Positions 26,800 through 40,668 are shown, counted from the stretch's first letter. The stretch: 64,000 nucleotides of DNA from Octopus bimaculoides (GCF_001194135.2 NC_068987.1:102793696-102857695), one strand, 5' to 3'. Program-made: numbers and translations. The notes: generated by a model not told the origin, from the sequence alone.

Positions 26800-29700
26800 G
26801 AGATGTACTTTGTCAAAAATGCGTGATCCGCAATGAAGCTGAAACAGTTACATCGTCACAGAACCAGCTTAACTATTTAAAAGCACCTAAAAGCTGCAGA
26901 ATCATATGTTTATTAACTTCTGCACGATCAAAATTTTCGTTGCTCAATTGTGACTGGTTCTGACACTAACAGTAAAAAAAAAATCTAAAATCAAGTTAAT
27001 GGCCATTTCTCAAATGTCTAAAATTTGTTCAAATTACGCATATAACGGTCTCTGGTATTGAATTTCCATTGAGGTGACCTCTTGACATTAGTCATCAATC
27101 GGTCATCGTTACTCATTTTCAGACACCATGCAATTGTCTGTTTATAATCTTTAGTCATGCCATTGTTGTCATTCTATAGATTTACGCCTTAATTTCTTCT
27201 TCCATTTATACACATAACACGTTCACTATGTAAAAGCATAAGCTATTTTGGTACACATCTGTTTTGTGATGAAAGTCACTCGAAAAAAACATTCCTGTTA
27301 TGTAGATTAAAGTTTATTTTAAACGTGTCCTAAACAAAGAAAAGAAAGTTTGGCGTATTCAAATCTAAAAATGGTGTCAAAATATTTATATGCATCTGCA
27401 TTTGCTAACTTATGTGCATAAACGTATTTCGTATGTGTTTATATATATATATATATATATATACATATACACACACACATATATATATAAATATATATAT
27501 GTATATATATATATANNNNNNNNNNNNNNNNNNNNNNNNNNNNNNNNNNNNNNNNNNNNNNNNNNNNNNNNNNNNNNNNNNNNNNNNNNNNNNNNNNNNN
27601 NNNNNNNNNNNNNNNNNNNNNNNNNNNNNNNNNNNNNNNNNNNNNNNNNNNNNNNNNNNNNNNNNNNNNNNNNNNNNNNNNNNNNNNNNNNNNNNNNNNN
27701 NCCAGAGAAGAGAGAGAAACGTCCAGACGGAAGGAAGGAGTCTAAGATTATATATAAATGTGTGTTTGTGTGCGTCTATATGTGTGGGGGGTTGGTGTGT
27801 GTGTAGGTGTGCGTGTTTGTGTGTGTGCGTATGTGCGTGTGTGTGTGTGTGTGTGTGTGTTGTTTGTGTGTGTGTGTGTGTGTGTGTGTACTTTTATATG
27901 TCCACGTATATATACATGTGCATATATATATATATATATGTGCAAAAATATACTAAGTGCGGTATAGGAAATATGCTTTTCTGTGCATTTCCTTGTTAGT
28001 AAGGTAAAGATAAATGCCGACATATTGAATGCACCACTGCAAAATAAATTTAAATAATAAATAAATAAATAAATACATCTACCGATAAAACTGTAAGTTC
28101 TTGTGAGGAGAACTGCATTTTTCGCTCCAAGAAATTTTTGAATCTATGATGTTATCCAATCAAAAACTCTTTAGCCATATACCATTTTCAAAGTACCAGC
28201 TCCGTATATAATTTGCAAATACTAACCTAAATACTACATGTTGTACCACAGAAGCATATATTTTATGTGTCATATCTTGTACACTAGAATATGCTCTCCA
28301 CTAAAAACTGCAGTGTACATTAAAATAATTATCACTATATGCATTGTTATTTACACAACAACGCTCATTACTTTATACAATGAAAGATAGTATACAAAAT
28401 TTATTACTATAACCAATACAATAAACATATATAGGTCGCTACATATACGAAAATATGTACTAAAATGTATACAACCTCTATTTTATTCTCGACTGTAATT
28501 TACAATAAAACGTACAGTAAATTCCACCATTTTATGTTTATCATTCTATATACAGTAACGAATAACGACGTTCTAGATCGAGCAGCATATGTTTGAATTC
28601 ACATCTTACCATCTTTGTAAATTCTATTGTCTGTGAAGAAAATACGGTATTTACAGGCAGAACAATATTCATCATATGACTCCTTCATTAAGTGTATCTG
28701 ATCAAATATTTAGTAAAAACTCCATCCTGCACCAGCTATCTCAAGAGGTGAATGGAGATTAAAAGATGGTTTAAAAAGAACAGACCTGTAGGGACCTCGC
28801 TTCGCCCTGCCTGAGATTTGAAACCAAATCTGCCCGCTTGTTGTTTGTCAAAACAAACGAGAAGTCCTCTCTACATCAGATGTTTGATGGGAAAACACTT
28901 GACCGCCAAGGACCTGTGCTGGTCAAATAAAGGTTTGACCTACATTACTAACCATTGTCTATATAACAGGTAGAATTTCCTATCACTTTCTCTTTTGTGT
29001 CAGCCAGACCAAGGCGCAACACCGTCTTTTGCGTCAGCCATGATCAAGAGCAGAACTTTCCATCGTCCTTCGCTTGACATAAAAAGCAAAAAAAAAAAAA
29101 GACGCTGCCCCCTTTATCCTTTCTTCCTTTCTAGTTAGCACCGTGCATTCCTCTTTCACTCTCTGCTGACAGACAGCAACTTCTACACCATCGCCTATTA
29201 ACCATCGAGGCAACTTTGTCACTATTACTAGAATTGCTATTGTCTCTTTAACAACCTGTTGAACAAACGAATAAATATATTTAAATAATATTTTTTCCTT
29301 CTTAGTGTTGATTCTTCGATGTTCACTGGTTACTCCGACGCGAGAACCTTTAAGCGTTACATCTACACTCTACATTCGGTAGTGGGCTACACCATATCGA
29401 TATGATATAGTACATCACATTCAGCCCACTACAGGCTTATAACTATTACCCCTATTGTTAAATCTATCTCGATAGTTGCCCCTTTTCCATTGAACATAAT
29501 ACTGTGATTTATTGGTTATATAGCACTTCTCGGATTCTCACAACCATTCACACCATTCACAACCATTCACACCATTCTTCACTTATATTTACTTAGAATG
29601 TTCTGGAGTAACGATCTAATTAATCATTGAGTAATGATCAGTTTAAACGATTTTTATTTAATCACATCTAACGGTGTGCTCTGAAGTTACTTCCGATTCT

Positions 29701-30169
29701 TGTAACTTTCGTTCTACTTTCCTTATGGGCAACAGTCGAGTTCAAACTTTGAAAAGTGCAACAATGCGTTTCATTATCAAAAAGGACAATATCTTGCACC
29801 TAGAAACCATCGACCAATTTAACACCTCGAGTGGAACGAAGGCTGTTTTAAAAACAACCAGTGCATGCATTTTTTGATGTAAGTGTATGAAGAGGCGGTA
29901 GGAGACTGACCAATTGATAACACCAAGATATCTTACTCCATAAACGAAGTACAACATTTAGAGAATGAAGCAAGCACTAAGTAATAATGTTTATTTAGAG
30001 ACAAGTGTCGCCTGCGAACGGGAATGGCTTGTAAGGTGTACCACGCTCTTACTACTTGTTGCAAGTGTGTATATAGCCGCGAGCACTCAAAAACAACCTC
30101 CATCACTTGATCCAGCAGCACATCCATATGGCAGCTGCAGTGAGAAAATTTTATATCATCATTCGGGTG

Positions 30170-30310
30170 GGACTAATTTTCAACTGAGTAGGATGGAGCA
30201 AAGTGAAATGAAGAGCCTTGCTCTAGGTCACGACGTGATGTCCGCTTCAATAATTGAAGTTACAATATTATGTTCCTAGGCTGAACACGCTAACCAGTAG
30301 GCCACGTACT
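30170..30310 (-). mobile_element. SINE family C
   Basis: GTACGTGGCCTACTGGTTAGCGTGTT head; CTAGAGCAAGGCTCTTCATTTCACTTTGCTCC body; homologous to 43778-43915. Confidence 0.75.
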
Positions 30311-30325
30311 TGCACTTTTACGTGA

Positions 30326-30445
30326 TACTAACAGCAAATAAGATTTCCAAACAGTCACACATCTAACTATGAACTGGTCCATGACCTTATTTAACTTCGG
30401 TGACCGGTCAAGAGCCGGTGCATTCAAAGTGATATGGCCGAAAGC
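30326..30445 (-). pseudogene. 5S rRNA-derived sequence (pseudogene or SINE3-type head)
   Basis: GCTTTCGGCCATATCACTTTGAATGCACCGGCTCTTGACCGGTCACCGAAGTTAA...GTTAGATGTGTGACTGTTTGGAAATC...TGCTGTTAG is colinear with metazoan 5S over about 120 nt, with many substitutions. Confidence 0.85.
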
Positions 30446-31557
30446 AACAACGTGTATGCTAGCAAAGAGATAGACCAAAACCCATCGAAAATTAAACTAA
30501 CATACAACGCAATGCATACATCACGTTCTGACCCATTAAATAAACACAAACCATATATAATGGGTATTATATGAATCAAATGCATTGAAACTATAAAGGA
30601 GATGAACAAACAAATTAACAAAAGCCTCTTAAAAGAAAAGAGAAAATGCTTTGCATCAAACGGTAATCTAATAAAATAATTTTACTACAAAAACAAAAGA
30701 TTAACAACTTCCTCATCAATAATAAAACACAAGCTTGTAAGACTGAGAACAAGCTATTAATGATCAACTTTATTTACGAATTTTACTGAAAACGGAATTA
30801 TCGTAAACATCATTATTCTAACTGCTATGTTTTCCATTTCCAGTAGGACAATCTTCCGTCATGCACTTACAACAGACAGTAATTATAATGTTCTACAGTA
30901 CTCAACGCAAAGGGAAACTAAATAGGAGAGTGTCAGAAATTAGAAAACACCGCATCTATCCTATACATAATTCCCTATAAAAAATAAAAGATTAAAGAGG
31001 GAAACAATACCGCATACCTCGTCAGAACTAACATACATACACCAGCATGGTCGCAGTCTAATGACTGAAGGTATAAAAATATCACAAAATGGCTGACATC
31101 ATATAAGACAAGCGGTCACATTTTGACGACAATGTTCACGCAAAATGACATTAGTCCTGTTTACCCTAAACAGGGAGCAGCACATTTCAGTCTGCCTTTC
31201 ATCCAGATTTATAAAAGGTATTTGGGAACTGCATTGTCCACCAAAACTACACGGAACTCACAAAAAGAGGAGAAAAAAAACTCGAAGAATATATCTATTT
31301 TTACTGCCTATACACACGCACCATCCTCAGATACAAACACGCACGCATACATATAAATATGCACATATGCACGCACATAATTCTATATATATGGATATAA
31401 ATATATACATTCATTAGTATATATATATGTATGTGCGTGTGTGCGTATGTATACTTATATGGCATATGTGTGTAAATATATTTATGGGTATGTATGTCTA
31501 TATATATATGTCTGTTTGTGTGTGCGTGTGTGTGTGTGTGAGTGTGTGTGTGTGTGC

Positions 31558-31600
<43 letters not shown>

Positions 31601-32108
31601 TACGTACATACTTATATAGAGAAACATATACACGCACACACATATATATTTATGTTTATATATACATATATGTATATATATATATACATACATACTTACA
31701 CACACACATACACATGTGTATATATNNNNNNNNNNNNNNNNNNNNNNNNNNNNNNNNNNNNNNNNNNNNNNNNNNNNNNNNNNNNNNNNNNNNNNNNNNN
31801 NNNNNNNNNNNNNNNNNNNNNNNNNNNNNNNNNNNNNNNNNNNNNNNNNNNNNNNNNNNNNNNNNNNNNNNNNNNNNNNNNNNNNNNNNNNNNNNNNNNN
31901 NNNNNNNNNNNNNNNNNNNNNNNNNNNNNNNNNNNNNNNNNNNNNNNNNNNNNNNNNNNNNNNNNNNNNNNNNNNNNNNNNNNNNNNNNNNNNNNNNNNN
32001 NNNNNNNNNNNNNNNNNNNNNNNNNNNNNNNNNNNNNNNNNNNNNNNNNNNNNNNNNNNNNNNNNNNNNNNNNNNNNNNNNNNNNNNNNNNNNNNNNNNN
32101 NNNNNNNN

Positions 32109-32139
<31 letters not shown>

Positions 32140-32692
32140 TACACACATATGTGAAATCATTGGTTTATTCACTAAAAAACGCTTGGTGTAATAAATGTTC
32201 TATAAAGATATAATGTTATATATATAATTGCGTGTGTGTATGTGCGTGTGTTCTGTGCGTGTATGAGTGTGTGTGTGTAGGTTTATATCTGTATATCTTG
32301 TATATATACTGCTTCATATTTACGTATCAATAAATGTTTTCCACATAGACATAGATACATACCTACGTAAACATACAGAAAACCATACAAAAAGCAGACA
32401 CGCACAATACGCACTAACACACACACACACACACACACCCACACGCATCGTTACTTATATGTGTATGTGAGCATGTGTGCATTTACATATATATAAAGAG
32501 ACAGAATCATTCTCGTACAGACATTCACACAAAAATATACACACGCACACATGCTTACCTATATATAATAGATGCAGATGCATACATACATACATATATA
32601 CATACTCACATACATATACATTTATGTATGTATATATATATGTGTGTGTGTGTACTCATATAGATATGTTTATAAGTACGTTATACATAGAC

Positions 32693-32766
<74 letters not shown>

Positions 32767-33758
32767 ATATGGTGTATGTACGTGCGTACATATTTGTATA
32801 TAAACACATTAAATGCAATATTATGTAACGCTTGCAGTGGTGTCTGTATTTCGCGTTGTTCGTTAAATTCTATAGCCATAATATTGAAGAGAGACATATT
32901 TCGAAGATATAAATGAAAATTCCTCTCCGATGACCGAAAACGACTGTTGAAATTACATGAAATACCATTAAAACAAAGTAGCCGGCACTTTCGTCTTTAA
33001 GTCTCTTCGTATAAAAGTTTGCAAACTTCCATTTCTGTTATTATATATCTCGTAAATTCTCTGCAGAATCTCCGAACCATTTTGTCTCCTATTGTTGGGT
33101 AATTTTACCTCGCTCTTTGTGATTTTACTTCTTTGTTCTACAAGTATTGCGATTACTATTTATTTCGGTTTCTTCTTCTTTTCCTCTCTACTCTCTTTCG
33201 TTTCACTCTTCATCCGGTTCTTGTTCTAGTGTTTCTTCGTTGTCTCCTTTTCTACTTTCTTTACATCCTTGTTTTTCATCCAGTTCTTATTTCCTTGTCT
33301 GCGTATAATGATACTTTTATTCGGTAGCTAAAATTATGCTTATAAAATCAGAGTAAGCACAACGTATGTATGACGATATGGACACACAATTTCATATCTA
33401 GTGATAGTAAATCTGAATTTCAACGTTGCCTGGGTCAGATTCCGTCGCTTTCAAGGAAAGACGCTCAGTCGATTACGATTTCTTACGAATAAATAGGAGA
33501 ATGATTGAAATTCGATACACGCAAACTCAGTCAGTGCTTGGAATAAAACCCACTGTGACATTAGATTCCACAACACATCATTGTAAATGGTGGGAAAATG
33601 TGATGTAATCAAACAATTGCAGCCCAAATGGAAGAGTACTGGGCTTCAAGGGGGAAATGGAAGCGGACTGTTACTAGTAATGCAGAAGGATATCTGATAG
33701 TTTGGTGGATATACATACACACACATACACACACACACACACACATACACACACACAC

Positions 33759-33821
<63 letters not shown>

Positions 33822-34100
33822 NNNNNNNNNNNNNNNNNNNNNNNNNNNNNNNNNNNNNNNNNNNNNNNNNNNNNNNNNNNNNNNNNNNNNNNNNNNNNNN
33901 NNNNNNNNNNNNNNNNNNNNNNNNNNNNNNNNNNNNNNNNNNNNNNNNNNNNNNNNNNNNNNNNNNNNNNNNNNNNNNNNNNNNNNNNNNNNNNNNNNNN
34001 NNNNNNNNNNNNNNNNNNNNNNNNNNNNNNNNNNNNNNNNNNNNNNNNNNNNNNNNNNNNNNNNNNNNNNNNNNNNNNNNNNNNNNNNNNNNNNNNNNNN

Positions 34101-34134
<34 letters not shown>

Positions 34135-34744
34135 TATGTGTGTGTATGTGTAAGAGTTTTGTTGTTGACTTATTTCCCGTGGCGTAAGAGTAGAGATTTG
34201 TGAATGAAAATATTGCAATATATAAGATACATATCTCTCTTTCAGTCTGAAAAACATAAAGAAGTGGAAAGAAACGCGATATCTGATATAATGAGTTAAA
34301 CTACTTAAATGTAAACCGTTTAGAATGAAATGTTTATTTTCAGCTGACTGCAGTAAATAAGTTGAGAGATTTGTTTAGAGATATAAACGTCTGTATATAG
34401 TTAACACATTGACTTTTGTTGAAAATGTACATGTTAATGATGGAGGAGGAAGTCGAAATAGTGTCTGCACATACCATGTTGGAAACAAAGATTTATCGTG
34501 AATAATGAAGTGATCATGTCACTCTCGGTTGTAGAAGGCAGAGTTTAATTCTAAATTTTATAGAAGTTGTGCAACTAAAACTGAATGTGATGGTGGCAGG
34601 GTTCTTGGCAATACAAATGAATTACATCGGTTTTCATCTATCCACTCATTTCCACCCACAATCGCTGAGTGAGTCGTTAGGGTAGAGTGCCCAAGTACTT
34701 CCTCCATAGGGTCCTATCAGAAGCAAACATCATATAACCTTCGC

Positions 34745-35030
34745 GTTAGATTCCGAAGCATGACCAAATGAAGGTATGGACATCTTCCAACAATCTCGTT
34801 CTTGATTTATCTCTAGGTCTCCTGCCGGTCGTACCGGCTTGAAGAATCCGTCTAACGATTCTTTCCTGTCTTATTCTAATTACATTTCCGTAATACTGCA
34901 GCTGTAGCCTTTCAATGCGGAGAATTATTGGCTGGACCTGGAGAGACACTCTGACCTCCACAGTACGCACTATGTCCAATACAGTTACTCCAAAGACGTG
35001 TCAGAGGAACCTCACATATTTACTGAAGTG
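34745..35030 (-). mobile_element. RTE-clade LINE, 3' end of ORF
   Basis: FGVTVLDIVRTVEVRVSLQVQPIILRIERLQLQYYGNVIRIRQERIVRRILQAGTTGRRPRDKSRTRLLEDV. Confidence 0.85.
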
Positions 35031-35324
35031 GTTGCAACTATTGCCTTTCTATTGTGTGCATTAGATGTTCTGCATATACTCTCAGTTGTGCATATACTTA
35101 AATATTTTCTACGTTTCATTATATTCTACAACTTAAAAATCGCAGACGCAGCATTTCAGTGCTAAGACATAATTTGTTAACTTCATTACCTTTTGTTTTT
35201 TTCCTAATATTTCTTTAGGATAAACTATAGTTGAAATACCTTGATTCAAATTACATTCTACCATATCCAGATTATCCTAACGTAAAGTGTTAAAGTGTCT
35301 TTAATTATATACATGCATGGATAT

Positions 35325-35374
<50 letters not shown>

Positions 35375-36298
35375 ACACATATATATATATATATATATAT
35401 TTCCGTATTCCCGAGCGTCATACTAATACATCTTTTGTTATTTACACCACCTGTCCTCGTCTGTTGTTGTTTTTTCGTATATTCTCCCATATATNNNNNN
35501 NNNNNNNNNNNNNNNNNNNNNNNNNNNNNNNNNNNNNNNNNNNNACACACACACACACACACAGACACACACATATATATATATATATATGTGTATGTAT
35601 ATATTATATATATATATGTACATATTTTTGTAAATATAAGCTATAAGTATATATATGCATATATATGTATCCGTGTGTGCGTGTGTGTGTGTGCGTGTGT
35701 CTGCGTGTACGTATTTACGTATGCATGTATCTATATATATATGTATGTATGTATGTAAGTATGTATGTATAAATCTGTTTGGCGTGTTTGTGAGGCTAGA
35801 TAAATCGATTGCTGAATTGATCACGAATGTATGTGAGAGTAAGAGAAGGGAAGATAGAGTTAATAGTAAACAACTTTTAACATTCACTCTAAGATGAAAA
35901 TCGCTGGCGGCTACACGACAGGAGCGATTACAGTACGCTCTTATTGTGCGCCCGCTTTTTCTAATTGCGTATTTTAAAAGTTTACCCGCAGTTTAACCCT
36001 ATTCTTCAGTTACTAGAATTATTGCTTGTGTCTCAGGTAATTCTTCAGCCACTTAGCTGATTGATGCTAATATTCGTTAATGTTTTATGTTTAATGCACC
36101 AGAATAGACAAAGTGGAATCAGTAAAAGAGTAACGACGCGTAAAAGATTGTACGATATACACTCAAATACTTCCATCCGTCCATCCGTCCATCCGCACAA
36201 AGGTTCACACAGACATATGCTTGTGTAAATAGACATAGATAGAAGTATGTACACACACACATACACACACATACACACATACACACACATACACACAT

Positions 36299-36351
<53 letters not shown>

Positions 36352-36355
36352 TAGA

Positions 36356-36393
<38 letters not shown>

Positions 36394-36741
36394 TAGATAT
36401 GTATATATATATAAAGAAAGAGGCTATACGCAATGTAAAAACCAAACAGTAAAAATTCAATTCTTACTAATTGTGACTGGTGGTACAGGGTACCACCTAC
36501 ATTGCTAGAAATAAGAGTGCAACCCTTTAGAGCTGCAAGGAAGTACATTATCGTATACTGGCCGGGGAGATAAACGCCCCACACCGAGCGAGATCACTAT
36601 ACTACAGTTTTGTTTGAAAATTACAAAATAATCAGTAGTGACTTTTTCATCACTGGATGGTTGGCTAAATCCCACTATCAGTGTATATATTTACCTCATG
36701 AATTTATGGCTTATTCAGCAAAATGCAAAAGGGAAAATTAC

Positions 36742-36790
<49 letters not shown>

Positions 36791-36791
<1 letters not shown>

Positions 36792-36960
36792 GCTATTAGA
36801 AAAACAAACAAATTATCAAATTACATATGGTCTTTAAAAGAAAATGGTGTCAATTACAACATCCATTGGAAGATCTTAACCAAGTGCAAGCTTTACACCA
36901 ACGGCAGTGGCAAGTGCAGTGTTTGTGATATGGAAAGATGGTTCATCTGGAAAAGCGGCT
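36791..36960 (+). mobile_element. Penelope-like GIY-YIG endonuclease, C-terminal fragment
   Basis: KLSNYIWSLKENGVNYNIHWKILTKCKLYTNGSGKCSVCDMER matches the LSKYIW.LK..N..Y.I.WKIL..C..Y....C.LC..EK block. Confidence 0.8.
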
Positions 36961-37071
36961 TATTATGGCAACCGAATAATTGTCACATATTACTTTACAG
37001 ATAAATTTCTCTATTTACATAATATCAGGTCTCATTCATTTGTTGTCATACTATTACTATTAATATATATT

Positions 37072-37108
<37 letters not shown>

Positions 37109-37211
37109 NNNNNNNNNNNNNNNNNNNNNNNNNNNNNNNNNNNNNNNNNNNNNNNNNNNNNNNNAGACAAGAAACAAATATATTAGTTTAACGCTCTGAA
37201 AGTGAGAAAGT

Positions 37212-37247
37212 CTTTTACGTTTTGAGCCTACGCTCTTCGGCAGAAAG
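37212..37247 (-). ncRNA. Decayed minimal hammerhead ribozyme-like motif
   Basis: CTTT-CTGCCGA-A-GAGC(GTAG)GCTC-AAAA-CG-TA-AAAG; stems intact, core changes A6C and G12A. Confidence 0.5.
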
Positions 37248-37431
37248 GAACACAGAAATGAACAGGTACAGAGAATAGAACATATATTTAAATATATCCG
37301 AGTTCGTATGATCGTGTATAGAATATATTAATGAATGAAATTCGAACCTAGTCTGTTTCTCACGTTTTATTATGCACAATCTTTACAATTTTTACAATAT
37401 TATAATAATAGAATATTCTATATTTATCCTG

Positions 37432-37474
37432 ATAAAACTAGTACTTTCATGCGTTGCGCAGTCATCAGGTTTAT
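37432..37474 (-). ncRNA. Minimal type-I hammerhead ribozyme, canonical core
   Basis: ATAAAC-CTGATGA-C.TGCG(CAA)CGCA.T-GAAA-GTAC-TA-GTTTTAT; palindromic stem III AGTACT. Confidence 0.75.
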
Positions 37475-40173
37475 GTTGTAGTAATGACAGTCGTGTTCCA
37501 AAATAGACACCAGTTTTTGATAAACATACGCGTCTGCAGATATTGCCGACCAAGCGTCCTCCACTCACTCTACGAGCGATGCGTTTTCGAACAGCTCGCT
37601 AAAATTCTGCATGATAAATCTGTATCTTACGTTGTTGTTTTTATTTACTCATATATTTAATTATTTTTTCGAAATTACCCACTTAAAAACTTTATACAGC
37701 ACAAAGACCACTGAGTCTTTATACAGCACAAAGACCACAAAGACCACAGAGTCACTGTCATTAGGACCTTACTTTGCATGTTTCGTCCATTGGTGTGAAT
37801 GGCAAGTATTGCTTTTTCTAATTGAACGCCCATGTATCACATTCTTTTAACGGGAACTTTACACAGTCATCAAATCGTAGTCTTTTAATCTGCGGAGATC
37901 GCTTTTTCTACAAACAGCATTTTCACTATGTACCATATGGTTTGGAGTCCCCCAATTACTCATCCGTGCTTCAATGCTCAAAACGAATGTTTTCTTTTCG
38001 GCTGCCACGTTTCAATTTCTTCAATTGTTATTCCAATTGATTTTATATTTGGTGTATTGGTGTAGTTTTGTATGATGATTCATGATATGAAATTCATTTT
38101 CGCTATCAAACAATAAATAATGAGTTTATAGCTTCTAAAATGCTGGCTAATTTTAGCCAACCGAAAGCCAGAGACATATAAATGCTCGTTTCCATAGTAA
38201 CAAGCCAAGCTGTTACCAAGATGCATACCCACATGGTCATTCTTCATTTATTAAATATTTAAAACATGTGGTATGAAGTGGTCGTGAGATGTGCTAAAAT
38301 GATGGCTAAATAGGCCTTAAATCACACAACAAAATCCTTTTTTGGCTGGTGGGTTGTAATAATCGTATTAATTCCCGCATGTAGAATACAAATTCGGAAC
38401 AGTTTTCTGAAAATTCCTAAGAATGAAAATGTTATATAACCATATGTCGTGCATAAAGCAGAATTCCGCAAAATCTCATTTGTTTAAAGTTGAAAACAAT
38501 GCAGTCGCGCACCAAAATGACAGCTTCTAATTCCTGTTCGCTGACTGGGTAAACATTATCAAACTTTAAACCACTGTAACTTTATAAATTTTTTCTGGAA
38601 AAAGTGAATTAGGCCGTGAGATTCAACGTGGAAGATTACATCAATACTCCAAATTTTAAGATGTTCACTGACATTCAAAATTACCACAAGTGCAGTCAAG
38701 CAGAAAGGATCTCTCAATGCGTTTGCAACCGTCTAAGTATCTGAGTGGAGTCTGCATGGACAAGCTAACATTCAGAATTTATCTCAGACGTCTCTGATGG
38801 AAACATTCAAGAACCCTTACATGATGTCTGTAATGAGTCATTATCTTCTATGAATAAAGAAAAGACATCAGGATGCACACTGGGTACGACCTGAGTTGCT
38901 ATGCTGGGATCAGATTGAAAACGCAAGAGCCCTGAAGAAGTCAGTTGCCTCCAACACAAAAGATATTACAAATATATGTATATACGTACGTGTGTGTGCG
39001 TCTCTGTGTGTGTATGTGCAGTGNNNNNNNNNNNNNNNNNNNNNNNNNNNNNNNNNNNNNNNNNNNNNNNNNNNNNNNNNNNNNNNNNNNNNNNNNNNNN
39101 NNNNNNNNNNNNNNNNNNNNNNNNNNNTATATATGTGTGTGTGTGTATGTGTGTGTGTGTGTGTGTGCGTGTGTATACATATATATATATATAATTATAT
39201 ATCTATGTTTGCGTGCATCTGTAAGTATAAGTGTGTGTGTGTGTGCGTGCGCGCATTTGTGAGTGTGTGTGTGCTAATAATTACTCCCATAGAAAGTTGA
39301 ATGAACTTCATTTTGTAGTCAACATGGGCCTTTATCAAGGTCTTACGCGGAAAGTTCACTCAGTACATTCTATTCTTTCTCCTGCACTAAAACGTGTTAC
39401 ACATACATACAGACATACATTCATACACATTCATGTATACATATACATATATACATACATATATACATATACATATATATATATATATATATATANNNNN
39501 NNNNNNNNNNNNNNNNNNNNNNNNNNNNNNNNNNNNNNNNNNNNNNNNNNNNNNNNNNNNNNNNNNNNNNNNNNNNNNNNNNNNNNNNNNNNNNNNNNNN
39601 NNNNNNNNNNNNNNNNNNNNNNNNNNNNNNNNNNNNNNNNNNNNNNNNNNNNNNNNNNNNNNNNNNNNNNNNNNNNNNNNNNNNNNNNNNNNNNNNNNNN
39701 NNNNNNNNNNNNNNNNATATATAAACAAACATATATGTATAAATATGTAAGAGCGTGTGTGTGCGTGAATGGGCTGGGAAATCCAGGTACCCTTTTTCAA
39801 TGAATATTGTGTACCCCCTTGCATGCAAGTAGCTATAAATGTGTGTGTCTTTCTGTGTGTGCGTGTTTTTATCTGCGTGTGCATGTGCATGCGTCTGTGT
39901 TAGAGAAATAGTATTTCTTATTCTAAATCTGTATTTTTCTTTTGTAAATGGAATGCATGGCTTGTTGAGGCATGTAGGACTATATACAGGAACGTGTTTC
40001 TGATCATGTACGTGTAGGAAACGCAAAGTTGTTATAAGATTATAGGTATATATATATATAGGTGCGTGTGTGTGTGTGTGTGTGCGTGTGCGTGTACATA
40101 CGCAGGCACACGCGTAAGTGCACACACACATACATAGATATGTATGCATATATGTGTAAGTATATATAGATAC

Positions 40174-40205
<32 letters not shown>

Positions 40206-40300
40206 NNNNNNNNNNATACGTGTGCATGTTTTACATATGTACATATGTGTGTGTGTAAATATATGGTTTCTCTCTCATTCTCCTACTGTGTGTCTGTATA

Positions 40301-40337
<37 letters not shown>

Positions 40338-40395
40338 CACTAAGAAAAAATTAAACTGCGTTATACATACATACATGCATGCATACATGCATGCA

Positions 40396-40428
<33 letters not shown>

Positions 40429-40584
40429 GCATAGATACCTGTGTTTGAGTGCGTGTGTGTATGATCCTAATTACAAATAAGAAAAAATACAACGCAACGC
40501 AATATTAAAGCAAGCGCAGAACAGAAATATATAATGGGTAGAAGACCATGTATATAGATCTATACATCTGAAAGTCTACATTAA

Positions 40585-40588
40585 TAGA

Positions 40589-40668
<80 letters not shown>
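40585..40668. repeat. (TAA)n microsatellite
   Basis: Direct reading. Confidence 0.97.

Noticed and set aside
37691-37753. 27-bp tandem duplication with repeated ACAAAGACC
   Set aside because: Ordinary slippage duplication; no spacers, so not CRISPR-like
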